A DNA stretch of 64,000 bases from Candidatus Omnitrophota bacterium (lineage in GTDB: Bacteria > Omnitrophota > Gorgyraeia > Gygaellales > Profunditerraquicolaceae): assembly GCA_050012075.1 (NCBI GenBank), contig JBEKHW010000001.1:4766-68765 (forward strand), read 5' to 3'. The translations under genes and the position numbers were made by a program. This document shows, in pieces, positions 50,049 through 60,981 of the stretch. The notes beneath the pieces are model-generated. The model saw only the letters and a program-made list of their open reading frames with translations. It searched no databases and had not been told where the DNA came from. Numbering within the stretch: the stretch's first letter is position 1; each line of letters starts with the position of its first letter.

Positions 50049-50738
50049 TTAATCTTTCTTTCTTAATTTAAGCAACACCAGGATTACCAATAATACATAC
50101 ACCAGGCTAAAAAGCAAGAGTATTTTGTTAGTGGCGAAATATTCAACCACTGCCCCCGGATTCCTGATAATTTTGGTGCCCACACCATAAAGGATATATT
50201 CTATCCAGAACATCTTTATGGGAGAGCCTATCACTACCGCTATCAGGTATTTTCTAAAACGGATCCTGGTAAGCCCGGCGGCCAGGTCCATAAAACGGTA
50301 AGGAATGAGTGGCGCTACCCTGAAGATAAAAAGCCAGAAAAAGCTGATATCGCCTATCTTGCGGTCAAGGGTCTTATATTTCCCCGTAACCTGTTTTGAA
50401 ACATACGCCCTTCCCAGATAGCGCGCCAGATAAAAAAGGATAAAGGCGTTGATTATTTCAGCTATACAAATAAAGAGGGTGGCTAAAACCGGCTTAAAGA
50501 TTACTGCAGCTAAAAGCCAAAGCACATCCTTGGAGAAGAATATAAAAAACGTGATGACAACATAAAAGAAAATATATGAAATCCCGCTGTACCACAGGGG
50601 AAATTCAAGAAGAAATCTCTGAAGGCTCGCAGTATCCGGACGCCAGTTCCTTCCCATATACCAGGTTAAAAACACAAAGAGCAGAAAAGTAACAAACCCC
50701 AGTTCGTGCCGCTGTTTTCTAGTAAGGGATAATTTCAT
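50049..50738 (-). CDS. VTT-domain (TVP38/TMEM64, DedA superfamily) membrane protein
   Basis: FYLARYLGR and FRVAPLIPY...AAGLT motifs. Confidence 0.82.
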   Translation of the reverse strand: MKLSLTRKQRHELGFVTFLLFVFLTWYMGRNWRPDTASLQRFLLEFPLWYSGISYIFFYVVITFFIFFSKDVLWLLAAVIFKPVLATLFICIAEIINAFILFYLARYLGRAYVSKQVTGKYKTLDRKIGDISFFWLFIFRVAPLIPYRFMDLAAGLTRIRFRKYLIAVVIGSPIKMFWIEYILYGVGTKIIRNPGAVVEYFATNKILLLFSLVYVLLVILVLLKLRKKD

Positions 50739-50769
50739 TCTTCCGGAGAATCATAAGGCAGGCGTGCTT

Positions 50770-52440
<1,671 letters not shown>

Positions 52441-52465
52441 TCACCTCTTCTTTGAAGTTAGCTGT

Positions 52466-52493
52466 AGTATAGCATATTTTGCGTTGAAGTCAA
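52466..52493 (-). promoter_or_regulatory. pyrG promoter TTGACT-N16-TATACT
   Basis: Near-consensus hexamers with extended -10 TG. Confidence 0.6.
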
Positions 52494-52502
52494 TATTTAA
52501 AG

Positions 52503-52539
52503 AAAAATCCCGGCTGGATAAACATAGCCGGGATCTTTT
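52503..52539 (-). terminator. intrinsic terminator of the giant gene
   Basis: ATCCCGGCT/AGCCGGGAT stem with A/T tracts on both sides, ~25 bp after the stop. Confidence 0.8.
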
Positions 52540-52563
52540 CAAACGGATACAGCTAAACGCTTC

Positions 52564-55500
52564 TTATCGGGAATCCATGACTACGAGAAACGCCTTTAAT
52601 TCAGGGCGCGTCTCTACTACGCCATCCTCCTGCATTCTCAATAAATCACTTAAGGCGCCCGCTGCCTCTTCTATCTGGGCGTCATCATTGCCCTTTACAT
52701 AACAGGCTGTTATATATTCCATAACCCTCTGTTCGGAAGGGATAATGCCCGCATTAAGCATCTTTCTGATCTGAACGGCTTCGTTTTCAATATCCACGCG
52801 CTTAAGGGTATCAAGCGCTGGCATCTTGAAATTTGCTTTTAAATCCGCCAGTTTCGCCTGGGTCGCCAGGTTAATGTAACGAAAATCAATACCGCCGGGC
52901 CTGTTATCACTCTGCAATGTTGCCGGAGATGCTGCCCTTGCCACTGTAATATCCTTATCCGTGGCAATCCTCATCCATTCCTTAGTTATCTTCAGGCAGT
53001 CGGCATAAGCGGTCTTCTTTAACTCATTCAGTTGAGGTCTAGCCATATTCTTTGTTTCAAAAAACAGGTGCGAATAGAAACGCAGCTGTGGCCCGGTTCC
53101 CGACGGACGGTCGGTTATATAGCTGGTCTTATCCTGGTTAAAATAGAATCTTATACCTGCATCAGGATAGCCGCGATAATCCAAATCCTTATCATATTTA
53201 CCGGAGATAAAGGGAGTTTGTTCATCTACGTCGTATAGCTTATAACCTACGACCTGTGGATTGCCTCCACTTCTTATTGTCTCTCTTACAGCCGGCTGTA
53301 AATCTTTCTGCAAGAAACTTACTGCCGCTATCTTTGCCGCTGTCCCCGGGACTGAAACCTCATATTCAATGGGGAAATTAGTAGTTGCCGCAAATCCCAC
53401 CTTAAGATTGATCTCATCAAGAAAATCATTCAGGGTCCTTCCTTGAGCACGGAGAGCACTGGCAATCTCTGCCACCCTGACGCCTGCCAGGAATCCGTCT
53501 TTATCGCGGATATGGTTACCCGTTGTATAAGTGCCGCTCTCTTCGGGCCCGGCAACCACGTCTCTACCCTTCTCCTCTAATTTGACTATTTCGGAAGCTA
53601 CCTGGTCAACTCCTACCGGCTTGACAACTACTTCTACCCCAAATAACTCTGCTATCTTCTGTATCTGTAAAGTAGTAACATGGGTACTAACCAAGATATG
53701 CTTTTTAGGGTCGAGTTTTCCCTGGGCCTTTAACCAGTTAAGGTCATAGTAGATAATAAGCGCGTTCCATTCATTGGGAGGGATAACCCGGAAACCGCCA
53801 AAGCCATATCTTGCTTGCTCATCCTTGTTAAGCTTGACCACGACGCCCATTGTCTCGGCAACAGCATCATCTTCAGGTATCTCTTCGGCGCTTACCCTGA
53901 CCACCAGACCAAACCTGTCTGCGTCAGGGTCGCTTGCAGTAAAGAAATCCTTTTTAAGCAGCTCTTCCCTGCTGTGGTTACTAAGATATGCGGTTATGGC
54001 CTTCTTCCAGGATATAACTAAGGCCGGGTCAGGCGGCTCCATATCGGCAAATTCGGGGAATGTGCCGTCTAACTCAGCCATCTTGTCTATTATTTCGACG
54101 TTAAAGCCCTTTGCCCGCAACGCGCGCGGCATTGCCTTTATGCCTGCGCCGTGGAAAGAACAATAGAGGATATTTATATCCTTGGCATACTTCTTGATTA
54201 CATCCTCATTCTTAATGTGTTTTAATATTGCCTCTGCATGTATAGTATGGGTATCTACCAGGCTGTGGTTGCCATAATCAATATCCGGAAGTTTTTCTTT
54301 TCCACCCATAAATACTAATTGCTCAGACGGAGTTTCATAAGGCACCTTATCCAATAGATCATCTACTTCCTTAAGCTTAGCGCTCCTGAATTCTTTCATT
54401 ACCGCTGTGCGCATTGCCTCATCCGCTCCCAGCTGCATACCGTCTGCGCCGATTAATTTTACGCCGTTATCCAGCTTGACATTATGGCTGGCAGAGACAA
54501 ATATACCGATAGCTGCTTTGCCTCCTGATAACTTCTGGAGGGAAGCGGAGAACTCCGGAAGGGGCATGGTTTCATCGGAAACATACACCTGCACCCCAAA
54601 TGCCAACCCTATATTCTTGATTATCTCGGCAAATTCCTTTCCGGCTATCCTGCTGTCGTAAGCAGTGAACAATTTCAGGTCTTTCCTATTTAAAGAGGGG
54701 TTCTCACTTTCCAGCCATTTCAATATTCCCAACGTAAACTTACGTAGGACCTCATCATTAAAGGTATTGGGCCCTTTCAGTAAAGGCACTTTTAAACCTC
54801 TGCCCTGTTTAGCCGCCTCTGCTACTTTCTTGAAATCTGCACCAAAGGCAAATCTCCCGCGTACCCCAGCCGTGCCATAAGGTATATTGTCAAAAAACGC
54901 CTGCGCAATCTCTGCCCAGCGGCCGTCTTTTATAGCTTCCTCTATACCTTTATATGTACTTTCGGTTACATAGGGGTCGGTGTACCATTCGGCAAGGTTT
55001 GGGATGACATTTTTCATCCCCTTTTCATAGTCCTTCGCCGGTATCTTCCGGTTGGCGAATTGCGTATAAAAGTAATCTTCTATGGCTACAGCTGAAGGCC
55101 TGATGATCTTTTCCAGATTTCCTATCCTGGTTAACTCATCCGGTGACTTACCTCTATAAGTAGCAAGTAAGTTATTTACCAACTGGTTGGGGTCTACGCG
55201 GTTCAATTCCCCGGTAGTCGGAGAGCTGGCATAGTGGGGGCCTGCTGCGGTTTCAAAGAGAACTTTCGCGCGGTTAAAAATACGGGCGGCAGTCATCATG
55301 CCGTCAGGCGTTGAAATATCAGGCAGCATCAATATCGCTACATCCTTATGGAAGCTTTTCTTATAAGAATTGCCTTTATAATCTATGGCGTCAGTCGTCA
55401 CTCCGCCGCTTAGGGACTTGAACTCTGCCTGCACAAATCCCCGGCGTACTTCGTCGGTATACATCCCATCAAGATAATCATTGGCAAGGCCGTAGGTGCT

Positions 55501-58500
55501 GATTTTTTTCTGCGTTTTAACTACCCGCTCATAAGGCATTACTACATCAACCAAGAGTGTTGAGACGACATCCTTTCCGTCGTGGCGATGCTGGAAATTG
55601 GCATGCTGGTCGCGTGTGCCTATGCCGTAATCTATATCCTGCAAAAATTCACCAAGGATATCTGCTTCTGGGCTCGCAGTGTAAAAGACCGAACTTAAGA
55701 CTTTATCCCTGTCCTTGGCAATCAGCTTAAGCGCAGCTATCTCTTCTGCCGCCTTCTCAATCTGGAAATCCGACATATTTTTCCCGAAACCGCTTATCTT
55801 CTGGTATAGGGTGTATATCTGTTTATCCACATCTTCAATGCGCCTCTGAAGCTGTAATCTTTCGCCTGCTCTCTTCAGTTCTACCGATAGATCCGCGATC
55901 TTGTCTTTAAGGCCTTTTATCTTTTTCAATGTATCCAAGAACTCCACTTCACTTACCTCTACGGTTCCGCCCTTGGCTAATTCAGCTTCGGCAAGTTTTT
56001 GCCGTGCCCAGGCAATTTCTAAGCGCGCCTTACCCAATAGCTTAACCTTTGAATCCTTATCCAAGCTTTTGCTTCCGGTCTCATCGGCTATATTTATTTC
56101 ATCATAGTCAATATATTTTTCTTGTCGAATACGCTCTTCAGCTTTCTGGTATCTGGCTTTGATCGCCTCATCCGACTTATCCAGCGCATTCAAAATAGTG
56201 ACTAGGACTCCCTTAGCCAGTTCAACCATCGGCTGGTTCTGCGGGTCCCTTAGCCACCAGAAATTCGGCTTACCGTCTAGAACAGGTTTGTTCATTAAAG
56301 AAGCGCCTACTTTTGGTATGGTTAGCTCAAGATTATTCTCTTTAGCCATATCCGCTAAGCTAAGAAGCCCGTAACGCACGGTAAACTCCTGGAACCAGAG
56401 GGCAAACTTGGCATTGGCAAGAGGGGATATTTCTTCCTTGAAATAACGGATTACAGGCACGCCTTCCGGTACTGCCATCGGCGCCATTCCTGCCTGGTCT
56501 ACTACAACTACCAACGGCTCTGTGCCAGTCTGTAACTTTATCTGCTCTACTTTTCTTTTAAGCTCTTCTTCACCTATGCTGGTCACAACCCATATCCCCT
56601 GTCCGTCTTTACCATTGCTCTCGGGGAACAACTGCTCTTTTTGCAATGCCTCTGAACGGGCATTGGAGCCGCGCACCGCAACTATCATAAATGAAGGGTC
56701 AAGGTAATACGCCAGTGTCGCTGCGCGTAAGGCGCTGTTTTTCTTAGGGTCGTTCCCGGCTTTACCAAGGTATTTTTTCGCCTGTTCCTGCAAAGCATCG
56801 CGGTCTACAGCTACGCCCTGGAAGACCTGGGTAATATCACCGGTCTCGCAGTTCTCGGTAAACCTGCCTCCGGTAAATTCCGAGAAATCAACTGCCGCGA
56901 TATCAGCGATATTCAATTCTTTCATGCCAAGGACAAATGCGTAGAGCCGGCTTGCCGCGGCATTCCTGGAGGTGCTGAAGATTATCCTGTCAAAAACTGC
57001 AGAGATGACGGACTGCTCTTGCGCATTAAACAGCTTGTTGAACTCCGCCTTGGACATGCCTTTAAAAAGCTGGTCCTTTTGTTTCCCCTTGTTAAAGTCC
57101 TTGAGAAATTTGTTCCATTTATTGACCATGGCTATGGCGCCCTCATTGTCCATGCCTTTTTCTATTGCCATAAGCCGCAGGAATTCATTTATTGCTTCCT
57201 GATATAAACTGAGGGGTTCATCAGTCCCGCCTGATTTAGAGCTTACATGCAGGACTATCTGGGTTATCTTGTAACCCTGACGAAGGAGGTCTTGGAATAA
57301 TTCGCTTACGCTTCTACCAAGCCTGTCCAGGACAATAACATTGGCGTCGCTATCTGTCCCCCAATACTCTACCTCTACGCTATTAGACATCCCCTGTCCG
57401 CCGATACCGAAATGGATCATCAGCCTGGCACCATCTGCTTTCTTTTGCTTAGTCCAAGTCACTATAAACTGATGATTATCTACCCGCAATGCGCCACTGG
57501 CGTCTTTATAACCAAAGCGGGAATTCAACTGGCCGGTCGGTTCCGGATACATTGCTTCTTCTCCGCTTGCTTCATAATCAGCTGCCAATTGTAGGCGGCC
57601 GTTAACAACAGAAGCAAGGTCTTCAAAATTAAACCATTCCCGAGGCCCTTCAAAAGATATTGCGGCATCCGAAAAACGCTGGAATTGCGTTGCAGGAGAA
57701 GAGGCTTTTTCATATTTAGCGTGGACTTTTGTTGCGATCTGGTTAATAGCCACTACAAGCTCACCGCTTCTGTTCTCAGGATGAGCTTTCGTCTCTTCCA
57801 GCTGTTTAATAAATAACGGATTCTGGGCTCTTAGCGCGTTAACAATTTCTCTTCTTTCCTGCACGACACGAAGTAATTCTTTATCTAATTCCGCATCACG
57901 GTTAGAAGACAACAAATTTACATCCAGATATATCTGCGCTCTACCCAAACTATAGTGGGTTCTCTGGCCCTTGATGAATATTAAAGTAAAATCCCGCCAA
58001 AATATCTGGTCATCAAGCTTCGTTATCCTGGAAATGGCTGCTTTTACAGTCTCAAGCTGTTCCTCATTAAGCCGTATCTTTTGTTGTTCAACCGATACCG
58101 TAGCTGTAAAGCCAAGTGGTTCCCCTTCAAAAACAATAGAATCTTGAACAACTCCCCAGTTGTGTTCTTTTGGCACCCCAATACGCCTGGTAAAAGGAAG
58201 ACTTACTCTAGCAGCGGCAAATTCGCCTCTTTGAATGGCCAGGCTTATCTCCTTATTATAATCCTCATTTAGCAATACCCAGTCCGTTGCTTCTGCCGGG
58301 GAAGAAGCTCTTACATATCTATCATGGACTTCTGTTGCAACTTCGTTAATAGCTTTTCTAAGCTGGGAGCTTCTTCTTTCAGGATGGGCTTTTGTGTTTT
58401 CCAGCTCTCCGATAAATGCCGGATTCAGGGCTTTTAGCTTGGCGCGGATTACTTCTCTTTGCGCCACTGCATTATTTATTTGCCTATTTAACTCTATTTC

Positions 58501-60720
58501 GCGGCCGGGATTTAATAAATTCAAATCCAGGTATATCTGAGGCCTACCTATACTGAAATGGGTCGTCTGATCTTCGATAAATATTATGGTAATATCCTGC
58601 CACTCTAATTTATCATTAAGGCCGCGTGTTTTATAAACGGCTGTATCTAACGCCTTAAGCTGTTTCTCGTTAAGCCGTATCTTCTGTTGGTCAGCAGAGA
58701 CTGTAGCTGCAAAACCAAGGGGTTCCCCTTCAAAAATAACAGACCATTGGAGCGGATGTAAAGCCCCATCCGGAACAATTGCCCCTTCAGATATACGTAT
58801 CATTTTAACAGCGGCAAATTCGCCTTTTTGGATAAGGGGACGCATCGTCCGGGTATAGTCATCATTTATCGCTTCCCAGGTAACCGCTGCCGGAGAAGAG
58901 CCTACATACAAATTATCCTGTTTAACGTTAACGCCTGTTGCGACCACGTTAATAGCATTTATCAGCTCAAGGCTTCTTCTTTCAGGATTAAGCTTAGTTC
59001 TTTTCAATTCTTCGATAAATTGCGGATTCATGGCCCTTACCATTGCAAGGACTTCTTTTCTTGCTTCCATCCCGCGAAGCAATTCCTTTATTAATTCCGA
59101 TTTACGGGAAAAAGCCGGGGCATTATCCAATAAGCTCGCATCCAGGTATATTTGGTCTCTGCCTATGCTGTAATGGGTTTTTTGGCCCTTGATAAATATT
59201 AAGGTAATGTTCTCCCGATCCAATTCCGCGGCAAAGTCGCTTCCGATCGCAAAAATGGCTTCAACTAAAACCTCAAGCTGATTACTATTAAGTTGTATGT
59301 TTTGTTCTTTGATAGCCACCGTAGTTGAAATGCCAAAGGGTTCTCCTTTTGTGAAAACAAGGGGGCATTGTAAAGGTCTCAGGGCCTCGTGTATTAGGCT
59401 ACCTGAAAGAGGGCTTAGCTTAACAGCGGCAAATTCCCTATTTTCTATCGCCTTACGTATCGCTTGATTAACTTCATAATTGACCAACTTCCAATCAACG
59501 TCTGTAGCCGAAGAAGAACCTTTCTTTTTTTCTTTATTATCAGCGGCTACTTCGGGCTTAAGATTCTTGTCAGGGCCGACAAGATAAGTTACTGCTTTTC
59601 CATCCGGACCGACACTAGCTTTTAGGACTTTACCGGTTAAAGCCCCTGTTCCACCTATTCCTGTGGTGATAAATATAGTGCTAAAATTAGCTCCTCCGCT
59701 AAAATAGCTGCGGATTACCTTGCCGCCGGCAGTATTGACCGGTTCCTGCAGGTTGTATTCTCCTTCTTGAAATGACTTCTTGTAGGCGTCAAAATATGTC
59801 TTTGGCGACCAGTTTTGCGCCGACGCCAGGCCCGTAAGGTCTTTTTTGTCTATCCTGGTTGCGTAGGTGCCTTTACCATTACTGAATTTACCCTTAAAGT
59901 ATTGCGCCAATATCAGGGAATAATAAACCTGGCGTAATTTAGCGTAGCGCAAAGAAGTATTCACTTCCTTGGTAAGCTGCGGGATTATGAGTTCCCGTAT
60001 AAGCTGTGAGGAATATTCATTGAGCGCTTTTTCGCGGCTGTCCTTGAAACTATATGCGTTTGAACCCTTAATATAATCCTGCTCCAACATTACTTTCAAC
60101 GTGGCCTTGTAGACATAGGCCTGTGTATCGGAATAATTAAGGATGACCTCTCCGGGAACGATCCAGGGACGTGTAAGCGTGGGGATAGTGACTATGGTAG
60201 AGGCGCCGTAAATCTCGTCTGCCTTCTTATAAAGCTTCTCCCAGTAGGCCTTACCTGTAGGATTAGCAGGAGAAGTAAATGCCGCCGTATCTTTCTTAAG
60301 CTGCAGGTCTGCTTCCAGCATGACCCTGCCCAGTTCAGTCAAAGCCAGGTCCTTGTCAATTATCTTGTTCTCTGAATCCGGTTTTAAGTTTACCCAGAAA
60401 GCGGCATTAGGCAGGCTTATGCCTGTCAGGAAATATTTAAAGGCATCTTTACTTTCGTTATTTATATCGATAACAGCCTTATTCTTCGTATAGCCCTTCT
60501 CAATAAGCAGGCGGAAGGTGCTTGCGGCGTCATCGTAGGCAAAATATCTTAAATGCGGCAGGCGGGTTACATCAGCAAGCTGTGGGCTAAAGGGCTTATT
60601 TAATAGGTAAGAAAGATCAAGCTGGCCAGCCAGTTGCGCAAAACCTGTCTGCTGCAATAAAAGGCAACAGGTTGCTATTGTTGAGATTATTTTTGTAAAT
60701 CTTTGTTTTGCCGTTTTCAT
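52564..60720 (-). CDS. giant secreted multidomain protein (~2718 aa): N-terminal domain, 3 tandem repeats, PGI-like domain, phosphohexomutase domain, GGIDF C-terminal domain
   Basis: GGAG RBS and signal peptide MKTAKQRFTKIISTIATCCLLLQQTGFA. PGI motifs GIGG, SKSGGT, GGRF, ESNGK, QPMVE, DQH. PGM motifs GTAGVRG, ASHN, DPDADR, EESG, DKDG, RPSGT. Confidence 0.85.
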   Translation of the reverse strand: MKTAKQRFTKIISTIATCCLLLQQTGFAQLAGQLDLSYLLNKPFSPQLADVTRLPHLRYFAYDDAASTFRLLIEKGYTKNKAVIDINNESKDAFKYFLTGISLPNAAFWVNLKPDSENKIIDKDLALTELGRVMLEADLQLKKDTAAFTSPANPTGKAYWEKLYKKADEIYGASTIVTIPTLTRPWIVPGEVILNYSDTQAYVYKATLKVMLEQDYIKGSNAYSFKDSREKALNEYSSQLIRELIIPQLTKEVNTSLRYAKLRQVYYSLILAQYFKGKFSNGKGTYATRIDKKDLTGLASAQNWSPKTYFDAYKKSFQEGEYNLQEPVNTAGGKVIRSYFSGGANFSTIFITTGIGGTGALTGKVLKASVGPDGKAVTYLVGPDKNLKPEVAADNKEKKKGSSSATDVDWKLVNYEVNQAIRKAIENREFAAVKLSPLSGSLIHEALRPLQCPLVFTKGEPFGISTTVAIKEQNIQLNSNQLEVLVEAIFAIGSDFAAELDRENITLIFIKGQKTHYSIGRDQIYLDASLLDNAPAFSRKSELIKELLRGMEARKEVLAMVRAMNPQFIEELKRTKLNPERRSLELINAINVVATGVNVKQDNLYVGSSPAAVTWEAINDDYTRTMRPLIQKGEFAAVKMIRISEGAIVPDGALHPLQWSVIFEGEPLGFAATVSADQQKIRLNEKQLKALDTAVYKTRGLNDKLEWQDITIIFIEDQTTHFSIGRPQIYLDLNLLNPGREIELNRQINNAVAQREVIRAKLKALNPAFIGELENTKAHPERRSSQLRKAINEVATEVHDRYVRASSPAEATDWVLLNEDYNKEISLAIQRGEFAAARVSLPFTRRIGVPKEHNWGVVQDSIVFEGEPLGFTATVSVEQQKIRLNEEQLETVKAAISRITKLDDQIFWRDFTLIFIKGQRTHYSLGRAQIYLDVNLLSSNRDAELDKELLRVVQERREIVNALRAQNPLFIKQLEETKAHPENRSGELVVAINQIATKVHAKYEKASSPATQFQRFSDAAISFEGPREWFNFEDLASVVNGRLQLAADYEASGEEAMYPEPTGQLNSRFGYKDASGALRVDNHQFIVTWTKQKKADGARLMIHFGIGGQGMSNSVEVEYWGTDSDANVIVLDRLGRSVSELFQDLLRQGYKITQIVLHVSSKSGGTDEPLSLYQEAINEFLRLMAIEKGMDNEGAIAMVNKWNKFLKDFNKGKQKDQLFKGMSKAEFNKLFNAQEQSVISAVFDRIIFSTSRNAAASRLYAFVLGMKELNIADIAAVDFSEFTGGRFTENCETGDITQVFQGVAVDRDALQEQAKKYLGKAGNDPKKNSALRAATLAYYLDPSFMIVAVRGSNARSEALQKEQLFPESNGKDGQGIWVVTSIGEEELKRKVEQIKLQTGTEPLVVVVDQAGMAPMAVPEGVPVIRYFKEEISPLANAKFALWFQEFTVRYGLLSLADMAKENNLELTIPKVGASLMNKPVLDGKPNFWWLRDPQNQPMVELAKGVLVTILNALDKSDEAIKARYQKAEERIRQEKYIDYDEINIADETGSKSLDKDSKVKLLGKARLEIAWARQKLAEAELAKGGTVEVSEVEFLDTLKKIKGLKDKIADLSVELKRAGERLQLQRRIEDVDKQIYTLYQKISGFGKNMSDFQIEKAAEEIAALKLIAKDRDKVLSSVFYTASPEADILGEFLQDIDYGIGTRDQHANFQHRHDGKDVVSTLLVDVVMPYERVVKTQKKISTYGLANDYLDGMYTDEVRRGFVQAEFKSLSGGVTTDAIDYKGNSYKKSFHKDVAILMLPDISTPDGMMTAARIFNRAKVLFETAAGPHYASSPTTGELNRVDPNQLVNNLLATYRGKSPDELTRIGNLEKIIRPSAVAIEDYFYTQFANRKIPAKDYEKGMKNVIPNLAEWYTDPYVTESTYKGIEEAIKDGRWAEIAQAFFDNIPYGTAGVRGRFAFGADFKKVAEAAKQGRGLKVPLLKGPNTFNDEVLRKFTLGILKWLESENPSLNRKDLKLFTAYDSRIAGKEFAEIIKNIGLAFGVQVYVSDETMPLPEFSASLQKLSGGKAAIGIFVSASHNVKLDNGVKLIGADGMQLGADEAMRTAVMKEFRSAKLKEVDDLLDKVPYETPSEQLVFMGGKEKLPDIDYGNHSLVDTHTIHAEAILKHIKNEDVIKKYAKDINILYCSFHGAGIKAMPRALRAKGFNVEIIDKMAELDGTFPEFADMEPPDPALVISWKKAITAYLSNHSREELLKKDFFTASDPDADRFGLVVRVSAEEIPEDDAVAETMGVVVKLNKDEQARYGFGGFRVIPPNEWNALIIYYDLNWLKAQGKLDPKKHILVSTHVTTLQIQKIAELFGVEVVVKPVGVDQVASEIVKLEEKGRDVVAGPEESGTYTTGNHIRDKDGFLAGVRVAEIASALRAQGRTLNDFLDEINLKVGFAATTNFPIEYEVSVPGTAAKIAAVSFLQKDLQPAVRETIRSGGNPQVVGYKLYDVDEQTPFISGKYDKDLDYRGYPDAGIRFYFNQDKTSYITDRPSGTGPQLRFYSHLFFETKNMARPQLNELKKTAYADCLKITKEWMRIATDKDITVARAASPATLQSDNRPGGIDFRYINLATQAKLADLKANFKMPALDTLKRVDIENEAVQIRKMLNAGIIPSEQRVMEYITACYVKGNDDAQIEEAAGALSDLLRMQEDGVVETRPELKAFLVVMDSR

Positions 60721-60731
60721 TCTCTTCTCCC

Positions 60732-60781
60732 TAAATAAATGATGCTTATAGTTTTGTTTACTCCGCGCTATGTGCGGAGCT
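60732..60781. repeat. degenerate two-hairpin family A element in the 5' UTR
   Basis: CTCCGCGC-TAT-GTGCGGAG hairpin preceded by a TAAATAAA/TTTGTTTA stem. Confidence 0.65.
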
Positions 60782-60795
60782 TCTATACCCCATAT

Positions 60796-60900
60796 AAACA
60801 AAAATCCGGATTAACCCTTTAATGTTAATCCGGTTATGGCTACTTCAGGAAGTAACCCGTGGCGTATTCTAGCGTCCTCCACACCAGAATCACCGGAATA
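60796..60900 (-). promoter_or_regulatory. candidate riboswitch/attenuator: three-way junction overlapping an intrinsic terminator
   Basis: P1 CCGGU/ACCGG encloses two hairpins; the terminator CCGGAUUAAC/GUUAAUCCGG plus U-tract shares the CCGG. Confidence 0.6.
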
Positions 60901-60928
60901 CTAAATACTTTTTAAAATTACGCTATAA

Positions 60929-60956
60929 AGTATATACTATACAATAATTTTGTCAA
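60929..60956 (-). promoter_or_regulatory. promoter TTGACA-N16-TATACT
   Basis: Perfect -35 and near-perfect -10 just upstream of the leader. Confidence 0.7.
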
Positions 60957-60981
60957 GGCAAAATCTTAAAAAAAATGCCTT

